64,000 bases of DNA from Paraspadella gotoi (taxonomy: Eukaryota; Animalia; Chaetognatha): assembly GCA_051294375.1 (NCBI GenBank), contig CM119265.1, positions 6,705,489 through 6,769,488 on the forward strand, read 5' to 3'. How positions within the stretch are numbered: the first letter of the stretch is position 1; every line of letters begins with the position of its first letter. The position numbers were made by a program, and so were the translations under genes. This document shows positions 24,061 to 35,021 of this stretch, piece by piece. A model generated the notes under the pieces. It worked only from the letters and a program-made list of their open reading frames with translations. It was not told the origin of the DNA and did not search any database.

Positions 24061-24987
24061 GTACCTTTTAATGATTGATTCCTCTTTGTATAACTTCTCG
24101 TTTTTAAATTCGGCGAATAAACAAATGCTTTTTCGCTTAAGTTTTTATTCCTTACCGAATTCCGATCGTATGAAAAAGATTAAAGTATTTTTTTTTAAAT
24201 CTATTTTCGTTTTTCTTTAAATATCTTTTAAAAAATTATTTTTAATATTTGTTTTTTGACATCAGTTTCACTAATCATAATTTAATCAAAAACCTGTCGG
24301 TTTGCATGTTTGAAATAAAAGTCAATCAAAGTTTCATTAAACATATTTAAAATATAAGCTTGAAAATGTATTCAAATAAAATAATGAATTGGTTGAAGTT
24401 GAAACTCTAGTAGTTATTTTTTGCCAGATTTGGAAATCTGTTCTTTGGCGGATTCTTTGATGCAGGACCAAAAAGAAGAAAAACACAGAAGCGGTAAGTT
24501 CTTTTCGATTCTATAAACATAAACGAACTTTTAAAAACGTACAAGGTTTTGCTTGAGATGCATAACCAGAAGCATTTACTTCTCACTTAGCTTATGTGTC
24601 CGATAATATTTTTTTATTCGTTTAGAAGGGTTCAGTTACAAAATAGCGATTTAACTTTTAAGTTTCTGGCTAAGTAGCATTTGAGCTGTAGATTGTAGGA
24701 GCATAGTAGACTGAGACCAAAGCTTATTTATTGAATGAATAAATAGTTATTATATGTAGTAGTTGATACAGCGACGCACATCAACACAATTATATCGGAT
24801 TTACCATGGCGGCTGAAATCAAAATTACTTAACGATTAAATAATGTGTAATAGTTATAAATATTTTAATTTAGAGATGAAACGAAAAATTCGTTGGAATA
24901 GCAATTTTATTTTTTTTTTTTCAAATACAAATATTTTAATATACAAATATTATAAATATATAAAGTGCGAGAATGCACAAAAAGGTA

Positions 24988-25059
24988 CTCCCCGGCGGGG
25001 AATCGAACCCCGGTCTCTCGCGTGACAGGCGAGGATACTCACCACTATACTACCGAGGA
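24988..25059 (-). tRNA. tRNA-Asp(GTC)
   Basis: Reverse complement TCCTCGGTAGTATAGTGG...CTGTCAC...CGGGGAG. Confidence 0.96.
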
Positions 25060-25859
25060 ACTGTTCCTTCGAAGGGTTTTGTGCGATCTGCATTTTAACA
25101 GTATCTACCGTTCTCTTTTCTGACTAAAGAATTATATATTCTTGAGCGGTTCTGATTTTGATTAAAAAAAAAAAGGCTTTTTGAAATATTTATTGTATGG
25201 AAAATACTAAAAATAAATTTTTTAAAAAAATGTAGGTACTGTAAGGGTAAGTCTAACTAAAAACCGAAAAAGAATCTTTCGAATAAGAAAAATATTGGAA
25301 TAGTAAAAAGTAGGCTTTCCTCGCAAAACCTCTGGTTATAGGAGATGCAAATGGATTTTCGCTCAACAAATTGGTCATTGTTAATTCCCAAAAATAAATC
25401 GCCAAAACCTGCCAGCAGCAGTTCTGGCAATAGTCATTTTATATAATCTTTCCTTTTGTATATTAAGGCCTATGAACCATCAATTATTATGATTTTAAGA
25501 TTTATCATGCCTATTTTCTGCTTACAACAATTCCTCCTTTGCTAAATATACTTGATACCTATAATTATTATAATGGGTAATATCTTTATTTATAGTCTTT
25601 TTTTAACTAAGTTCAAATATAAACCTAAAGAACCATTGTTGATCCATAATTTCTGATACTTTTAATAAAATTGGTCCACTGACTTTTACGGGGTGTATCT
25701 TTCTTTCTTTTTATCTAGGATTTGAGATTTATTTTCAGTATTCGTTTTTTCTTTTTCTTTAAATAATTAAAACTGAAAAAAAATTGACTTAGAATCGGAG
25801 ATTGTATAAAAATAAAATAAAAAAGAAAAGGGAGGAAAGAGAAAGAGATGAGGGGATAA

Positions 25860-26520
25860 AGTGGCGCAGTTTTACGTCAATTTACGCCAATCTACGCCAA
25901 AGAATCTTAACTTCATAGTTTTATTTGGAAAATGAAAAAAAGTTTTTACGCCGCAAAATTAAATGATATTAATATGGTTTTCTGTTCAATTTACGCCATT
26001 CTACGCCAAACCTGTATAAAAAAGGCCGGAAAAATATTTAAATCAACTTAACTGAGCAGTTTTTACTAGAAAATAAACAAAAAGTCTTTATGCTTCAGAA
26101 TTAAATAATATTTATATTGTTTTTTGTTCATTGTACGCCATTCTACGACACATCTGTATAAAAAAAGGCCGGATAAATCTTTAAAACCACTTTACTGAAT
26201 AGCTTTTACTAGAAAATAAACAGAAAGTCTTTACGCCACCTTTTCCAAATTTGAATATAAACATTTACAATTATTTAACTTGATATATTTAACATTTTTT
26301 TGGGGAAAAATCATTAACGCCTCATATGTAATTAGGAAATAATACGTTTTTACGCCACCAGCGCCAACAAACATGTAAAAAAAAGAAATCAAATCTGAAT
26401 TCACTACGATGTATTCTTAATTAAAAAAAAGCGTTTTCAAAAATTTTGGCTAAATATCCTTGACAGCAGTAAGGAGGCAGAAACATTACTCCAAATTGAC
26501 GTAAATCAGTTGGCGTCAAT
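25860..26520. repeat. MITE-like element with internal ~130-bp TACGCC-containing repeats
   Basis: Imperfect terminal inverted repeat TTTACGTCAATTT / AAATTGACGTAAA; repeated TACGCCATTCTACG..TGTATAAAAAAGGCCGG units. Confidence 0.45.
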
Positions 26521-26730
26521 CAAATATTTAAAAGTCAAACTTGGAATTAACGATTAAAGTACACTTCGTTACTAACGACGTTAGGCTTAATATAAGGTTA
26601 AAAACTATCGAATGAAGAAAATCAGTATTTTTACAGTTTTTGTGCCATACCCTAACTAAGCCTAAGGTCGAATTTCGCGAAAAATTTTCACTTATTTAAT
26701 TTTTGACCTTTCATACTTAAGTAAAATGAA

Positions 26731-26803
26731 TGCCGAAACCCGGGATTGAACCAGGGACCTTTAGATCTTCAGTCTAACGCTCTCCCAACTGAGCTATTTC
26801 GGC
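26731..26803 (-). tRNA. tRNA-Phe(GAA)
   Basis: Reverse complement GCCGAAATAGCTCAGTTGGGAGAGC...CTGAAGA...TTTCGGCA. Confidence 0.97.
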
Positions 26804-27065
26804 TATGCTTTATTTTGTTATTACGTTAGAAATATAAACAACAATTATCGCCAAAATGATTACTTTTAAATTATCTTTTTAATTACAAGAATATTTTAAT
26901 AACCTTCATTCAGCTTCAGTGTTTTGTACAACGACGTTAGTCAATGATCACATATTATCTTTCCGCTTTCTCCATTATTATCATAAGTTTTTCACTTAAA
27001 TATTTGAAAGTGAACAGAAGATATCCTTTAATTTAGTAATGACTAAAATGTAAGATCTGCTACCA

Positions 27066-27137
27066 TCCCATGTGGTCTAGTGGTTAGGATTCGGCGCTCT
27101 CACCGCCGCGGCCGGGGTTCGATTCCCCGCATGGGAA
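27066..27137 (+). tRNA. tRNA-Glu(CTC)
   Basis: TCCCATGTGGTCTAGTGG...CTCTCAC...CATGGGAA. Confidence 0.96.
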
Positions 27138-28820
27138 CAACTTTTGTAGAACAATATTCTCCAAAGTAGGGTTAGCCGCAGTCAATGGGGTGAGTCGAAA
27201 ATTTAGAGCTCAAACGAAAATTTTTACATTTTTAATTATACTTTCAATGGAAAAAAAAAATTTTATATGGATCTATTTTTTTAAATATTTATTTATAGAT
27301 AGGAAAAACCAAAGTTTTTTTTGAGAAATTTTAAATTTTAAGACCAGATTCAGATAGCTAATAAAAATTTGTCTACACAAAGTATAATCCTTTTTTAAAT
27401 ATTTTTATGATAAGTAGGTCAAAAATAAGAAAAACCGTAAAAAATTTTCATCATCATCATCTTTTGATAATTTTATAAGTATTTTTAGATTTTTACTAAG
27501 AAAACGTAAGAATTTTTAAAAGCTGTAATTATATTTCTTATTTAACTTTTAGAATTCATCAAAAAAATTCAATGATTTAAATTTTTTTTTCTTTATATAG
27601 TAATATAGTAGTGTAGAAGACGAGAGGAAGGGTTTAGAGAGAGAGACCGGTGGTAAGTCGCCTCAGTAGTATAATAATTTTAATTAGGCTCGTACCCTCA
27701 GAAAAAAGCATTTTTAACAAAAAATATTTTAATACTATAATCTATGCTCATGATAGATTATTTTAACGCTGTATACATTATCATCTTAATTTCATCGGCT
27801 ATGGCTATCCAAAGATAGACAGAAAGAAGTGGGATGATACTGAAACTTTAGTTTAGTTAATTAAGTTTACTCTAGTTTAGTAGATCTTCCCTTCTCAAAG
27901 TTTGCGGAAGGTGTTTCATGACGCATTGACGAAGAAACTTGCCTCTTTCTTTTATTCACCTGATTCTGAGTCAAACCAGTTTTTCTTCTCGAAAAGTAAA
28001 ACCCCAGCGGAGCTGCGGCGTCGTTGGCTCCGATAAAATAAAATACAAATTGAAAAAAAGAGCATACTCTAGCTGGCTTTCGATTTTCTTTTTATCATCG
28101 ACAATATTTATCAGTTCTCTTAACTTAGGCAGCTGTATTAACTCTTATCTCAAAGAGTTATTTTATTTCTTTATACGTTGGAATATGGCGTAAGTAGGGA
28201 ATAGATTATCGTCACGAATCTTTCTTGATTGAAAAATGATTTGGGTCGAATAATCAAAAATCGTGTCGTGTTAAACTACATTATTGGATGCCCTCGAAGT
28301 TTTACAATATAATAAAAATGTTTTTCGGCTTAAAAATAAAATTACGTAACACATTTACTATACTTATAGACATGAATCTCGAAATATTTATACCAATGTC
28401 CATAATTACTTCCAAGACGCTAACTTAATAGTTAGATGCTTTGATTACCTAACTTATTCGTTTTTTTTTCCTGATATTTGCCTGTTAATGTATTTGTGCA
28501 TCAATCTGTATCATTATTTGATATGAATAAAAATACCTCAATAAAGGACGACAGAGCCTGATTAAAAACAGACTCGACATAGAGCGTGGACACACGACAA
28601 AAAAAAGATGAAAAAAAGGAATCGAACAACCAAATTGTCATGAGAATCAATAATTAACCAATCCTTCGATATAATGATTTTGGATCGATATCGATATCGA
28701 TCTTCAAATAAAATAAGGTAGCTTTGCGAATGAAATTTACTCGCATGTTTACTGCTTTACCTTTTCCTTTAACATTTTTATTTATTTTTCCGCTTGCGGC
28801 CAACACATGAAGAAAGTGTA

Positions 28821-29079
28821 TGGTGGACTAAAATCCACCAAGCGTTCATCAGCGGCCATTGGTGCCGGAGGCAAATCATTCGCCTTCCGAACTTCCGAAC
28901 ACAACAGCTGCAACAACACTTTCAGTCGACATGCCTCAACCTGGCGACGCACTTTCCGCCAACAACACATTAGGCGACAAACCTCAACTTGGAGATGAAC
29001 TTTCCACCAACAACAACAATACATTGAAGAGATGCAACGGTTCTGTCACTAACACATAACAATAATCACTGTCTCTTCA
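28821..29079 (+). mobile_element. SINE-like family 1, copy D, with the T-arm and twister replaced by unrelated sequence
   Basis: The 5' leader, A-box region and 3' tail (AACGGTTCTGTCACTAACAC...TCTCTTCA) match family 1; about 28887-29035 does not. Confidence 0.75.
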
Positions 29080-29652
29080 AGTGTAAATTAAAAAAAAAAA
29101 GATTTTTATAAATCGAGAACAAGAATTGAGCTTTATAAAGAATAAAGCCTCCTTTTCATACTAAAGTTGAAATGGCTAGAAATCTTCACCTTTGTCGTTT
29201 ATGAATTTTGATAAAAACCACATTGAAATAAAAAAAATACCTGCGATTCAGGTAGAGAACGTATCTCTCAAGGCGAATTTATTTGCAGATCAAGTTTGGT
29301 ATGCGTCCGAATTTAGAAAGGAGACAGACACGCGAGCTTCGCGAAGACCCGAGAACAAAATCCGGTATTGAGATTTGAATAGTGGCGAAACGTTTTTCTT
29401 TAAAAAAAAAATAAAATAAACGACATCCAAGCACATCAAAAGCTATAAGAGAAATCGTGCCGCTGAATTCTGCGATGAGACTTTCAGATTATGCCACATA
29501 TAAATAACTTTTCAAATAACAAAGAGATCAAAATCTTCTATATAAAATTATATTTATTTCTGAAATCGTAGTCTCCTCCTCTGAGGATTTACGAAACTCA
29601 GAGACTTTCTAACTTTTAATCGTCTTCGAATTATAATTTCCGAACGAACATC

Positions 29653-30581
29653 ATGTCTTTCGCGGACAAAGCATTCAAACTGGCCATCGCCAAAGAGACC
29701 TTCGAGGTTCTCTCCCCCTGGTGGGATTTGGTTTCCTCGGTTTCTCTCCAAATGCTCACCGTGGTGGCTCTGATGTCCCTTTCCATCGACGTGGTCACGA
29801 AATTCGGAACCGCTGTCAAATGCACACCCATTAACAACACGGTTCACTACGGAGGCTCCCAACAGGTTTGGCTCCTTGATCGGCCTCTTACGACTTGAAG
29901 GTGTGACTGTTCGAGTTGAAAGTGAGACAGGAGAGATAAAGTAAACATTGCCTTAACTCCAAAGAATGTAAACTATTAAATAAGTCTGTGTGATTAAAAA
30001 GAGAAAGTGGGTAACCACTAACAATTAACAAATAGTTTTTTTCTGATTGTTTCGATACCAAGTGGGAAAAAAATGTTCCTTGTATTTGTAACGAGTTTGA
30101 TTTAATTTAATGTGACTGTTCCAGGTTTTTTATGTCAACAACGCCTGCTTCGAATTCGGCGTCGGCGAATATTCTCAGTTCTTCGGCCTGGCTATTCTCT
30201 TCCAATCTCTGCTTCTCGTCACGGTCGACAATTTCTGGCTTAATTGGGGTCGCACCAAGTCCACCCTGAAGGTGAGTATTGGGCGATTAAACCATTTTCT
30301 GTTATTAATTACGTCACTTTTTTTTGCATAGGAGTTCAACAAAATCGTGCTGGAGGTACATTCCTCCCCCTGTCGTCAAGAGCTGATAGATATCGTGCTC
30401 AAAAACACGAAGGAAAAGGTTTCGGAGGAAGAAGATCTGGACGAAGTTGACGGTATTCCTTCGCTGTCGCAAGTGGCCCAGATGCAGGCCCCCGTTACTA
30501 AGGGTCAGGCGCAGGAGGCTATAAAGCTCAACGAGAAACTACAAAAGTTTGTCGACAAGGCAAAAAAGTAAGTTTGGTAAC

Positions 30582-30661
<80 letters not shown>

Positions 30662-31786
30662 AAAAAAAAAAAAAAACTAATGAATAAAGGAGAGAAATCA
30701 ACCAAGCTGCCAGTCGACCTACCATCCATCAATCTCGCTTTATCTTTCACGAGGTCCACGATCATCGAAAGAGCCTACAAGACAAAATCTGCGCTTCGCC
30801 TCTTTGTCGCCACCGTCTTCATATACGGCGCACTTCGCGAAATCCTTGCCGCCATCTTTCAATTTGAATTCGTGTGCGACTTGAGTCCCTACCGCGCTAG
30901 CACCCTTCGTGCCATCCCCGAGGCTCGACATCTCTGCGTCAATCTCAATGCCCCCTTCTATCGTTTGCTCATTCGCGCCTTCGTGGCGATCGTCTGCGTC
31001 AATTGGATTTCTGCCTTCGTCGCCGTCCTCGCGGCTCACAACCTCCTGTCGAAGACGGTGTTGACCAAGCGGCCGTATTCCGCCGTCAACGATGACTACG
31101 CCCTCGCTTACGTCAAGCGATTCCGCGCCGACGACGACTTTCGTTTCCTCATGTTTCTTCTTAGTCAAACGAGCAATTCGATGCACTCGGCCCTAATGGA
31201 ATTTGCTTCGCCCGAGTTCCACGAAAAATTGATCGAGTTCATGTGCGATAGGGATTGGGGGCTGGAGAAGCTGAAAAAGCTGCTGGGTAGTAAGAAGAAA
31301 ACCCTGAAGATCACCGACACGGACCTGCTCATCGTACCACCGGCCGTGCGAAAACTGAAAATGCTGGAGGAGATAAACATCTCCTCCAACAACTACTTAT
31401 CGGATCTAAACAACTTGCAAGATCAACGCGAGCTAAAGTCGCTAAAAGCCAAGGGGTGCAATATAAAGGACATAGGGGCCCTACTGAGGCTTAACCACTT
31501 GCGGCATATCGACGTCTCTGAAAACGACATTCGAGAAATTCCCAAAGGCATCAGGGCCCTGGAGAGGTTGGAATATTTAAACATAAAGAAAAACAAAATG
31601 GAATCTTTGCCTTTAGAAATCTTAAGCATGGAAAAGCTCATACGATTAGAAGTAGAGGAGTCAGTGTTGGATCGAATCGACAGGGACAAAAACTTTTTTC
31701 AAAGAGAAGATCCTGGTGTGTTCAAAAGGATTAAGACTCCCAAGTCCAAGTTCTATGAAAACGTTTATGCTTCCAAAACGCACTAA
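29653..31786 (+). CDS. LRRC8/VRAC-like channel subunit, paralog 1 (pannexin-like TM domain plus short LRR domain), about 542 aa
   Basis: Exons 29653-29865, 30125-30271, 30332-30567 and 30754-31786 join in frame (1629 nt). LRRC8 motifs: FEVLSPWWD, KCTP, YVNNACFE, DNFWLNWGRTKSTL, SSPC, DDFRFLMFLL, DWGLEKLK, then about 5-6 LRRs. Confidence 0.92.
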
Positions 31787-31895
31787 TGTATTTTGTACAT
31801 ATTTTTAATTTTTTCTCCAGACTATATGTATGTTATTTATTAGAATTAGAATTTTGGAAAAATAGAAGCTATCAATAGCAGTGTTTGAGTAAAGC

Positions 31896-34800
31896 ATGGC
31901 GTTATTTACGAGGAAAGCGCTAGAGTTAATGCTCCCTGACAAAGGAATGCAAGCTGTAAGACCATGGTTTGACACAATTACTGGCCATATCGCAGGTACT
32001 TAAGTACTTACGAACTTTTCTCTCCATTATTGTTATTTCAAACTTGCTGTTGAGCAACATACTGTTTGGTTTTATTGTTACTCTTGCAGAAGCCATGTCG
32101 GTTATTTCGTTAGTGGCTATTTCCCTGAAGATCTTCGTTGGTTTCACCACTTTTGTCCGTTGTGTCCCGACGTCTGAAAATTTCAGCAATGATACTTCGT
32201 CAACTGTTCAGCCAGAAACAATTTGCGATGATATGCAATGCACCACGTCGGGAGGAAGGCTGGACGATTCGCAATCTCTGCCCCAGCTTCCGTACAGGTT
32301 TGACAACATACATTATATGACAGTTAACATTAATTTAATGTAAATAAAAAAATCTTTAAAGATAATTGATCTCGCCAGACGAGAGGAGGAACTAAAGAAA
32401 TACAAAAAATTGATGCGATGATAACCAATAACCAATAATTGATGCAATGATAACCAAATGATTGATGCGATGATAACTAAATGATTAATGCGATGATATT
32501 CATTCATTGACACGATGAATCATCGTAAATAAAATAAACAAATGTGTGTATGAGTGAGAGAAAGAGAGAGAGAGAGAGAAAGAAAGAGACGTCACAAAGA
32601 AGTTAAAGCGATCCAAAATCGAGATAATAAAGAAACGCGTGTATTACTATTAGTGAGAGAGAGAGAGAGACAGAGACAGACAGAGAGTGTACGAACACTT
32701 GCGGGTTCGTGCGACTTCGAAATCGTGAATCTAATTTGACGCCGTCGATCAAATAACTTTGATTCTAAACTTAAAACATATTCTGACTAAATCCCGGAGC
32801 TGTAAAATAATTCCACAAAAATCTTGGATGTAAATTTGGGATTTTGTATTGAGAAAAAAGCGCGGAATAAATGGCGATAATAAAAGTTTTTAGAAGGAAA
32901 AAAATAATCAAAGAGAGAGAGTACGAACACTTGCGGGTTCATGCGACTTCGAAATCGGGAATCTAATTTGACGCCATCGATCAAATAATTTTGTTTTCAA
33001 ACATAAAACGTATTCTAAATCTCGCAGCCGTAATAAATCCACGAAAATCTTAGATGTAAATTTGGGATTTTGTATTGAGAAAAAAACGCGGAATAAATGG
33101 CGATAATAAAAGTTTTTAGTAGAGCCAAACTTTTTTAATGGGGTGGGTCAGAAGTTTGATTTGGAAACCTTCCCAAATGAAACTACATACATTTCTGAGA
33201 AAACTTTCATTGGACCAAAATTTTATAAAATGGCTAGAACCACTAGTAATTAATTTTTTAATATTTATTTATAGATAGGAAATGTCTAAAAAATTTTTTT
33301 GAATTTTTTATTTTTTAAAGCAGATTCAGATAGCTTATGAAAGGTTGTCTGTACAAAGTATAATTCTTTTTTCAATATATTGATGATAAGTTGGTTAAAA
33401 TTAGGAAAAATCTTTAAAAATCATCATCGTTATCATCCGATGATTTTAGCAGTTTTTGCTAATTTTTAGTAATAAAACATCAAAATTTTAAAAAGTTGTA
33501 ATTATATTTTTTGCTCTATCAGCTCTATCAGAATCTATTAAAAAAACTTAAAATATAAAAAAAAATTTTGACATTATATAGCAATATAATAATATTAATT
33601 AGCGAATTCGGAACGGTTCGGAACATTTTTGAAAAAAAAAGTTTTAACACAATAATTAATACCAATAATGGTGTTGCGGATTTCGGGCCGCAAAAAAGAT
33701 CAATCCTACAACTACCCAGTAGCTACTTTTTCCTATCAGGAAAAACGTTTTATTAGAGTTTTATTTGTAGTTTATTAGCATCCTTTATTTCCAACAGTGA
33801 GGGCCGTTGCCAGGCCAAGGATTTCCTATCCAGGGAAATTTGGGAATAGTTCCTCTATGATCCTGAGTCCTGAGGTCCGCTGGTCTTGCTGGGGCGCAGT
33901 TGTTCTTCTTTCTTCTTGGGAGGCCGCTGAACTGCCCCCAGAAGCCTTGTTACACTCCTTTTTATAGAAAAACCTAGCCTACCCTTCCTCCTCATCTACA
34001 TAAAATAGAGCATCTCATTGGTGCAAGGCTAAGGAACCTGAGTACCCCTTGAGGACCCTCAGCTCTCCTCTCTCTCCTATTGGCTGAGGGCTGTGGTATC
34101 TGAGATCTCTCTTTCCTCCTCTCTCTCTTGCTGAGGTGTGCAAGCTTGTCATTGGTTCTTCTGTTTTCCCGCCAACTTCTCATTAGATGATCTATGCTGA
34201 GATAGCTGACATAGCAGAGGAGTGACGAGAAAACTTGCTCAGGTACCTATCGCTTCCTTCCTAACCTCAGGTAGGTGAGCAGGGGCGAGCAGACTAGCTC
34301 AGGTACCTCTCTCTTCCTTCCTAACCTTAGGTTGCGGAGCAGGGGCGAGGAGACAAGCTGAGGAACCTCTCTCTTCCTTCCTATCCTTAGGTTGCTGAGC
34401 AGGGGCGAGAAGACTAGCTCAGGTACCTCTCTCTTCCTTCCTATCCTTAAGTTGCTGAGCAGGGGCGAGATCCCTAGCCTCGTAACAAATGGATTAGTTT
34501 AATGCTGTTCCAATTAAAATTTGAATTCGGTCGGCTACCGCTATTTTTAGAAGAAAAAAAATAATCAGAGAGAGAGAGAGAGAGAGAAAGATAGAGAGAA
34601 GCTGGACATCCGCTGGACCGCCGCTGCAGAGCTGAACTCGTTTTTAAACGAATCTGAATAGGGTCCAACTCCTTTCCTTTCTATAAAATATATATATATA
34701 TATATTGGTTGTACCAATTTCATATATATTAAAAAATAAATATTTGGGTATTGAGCCATATAAGAAATTTTTTTACATTGAAAGTATACTTAAAAATGTA

Positions 34801-34987
34801 TAAATTTTTGTTTGAGCATGTTCTCATTCTAAATTTTTGACTCACCCCATTGAGAGGGGCTACCCCTATTCAGAAGAAAAAAAGAGAGAGAGCGACATAT
34901 AATTAAAAGAGAAAGAGAGAAGCTTGACAGCTGATGGACAGCCGCTGGACAGCCGCTGCAGAGGTTTTTACACGAATCAGAAGAAGC

Positions 34988-35021
<34 letters not shown>

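Noticed and set aside
19140-24500. Short exon-like segments with AG/GT ends between the tRNA genes (about 19140-19200, 19655-19710, 19925-19970, 24428-24493)
   Set aside because: I could not chain them into a consistent, recognisable reading frame; RNA-seq would be needed.
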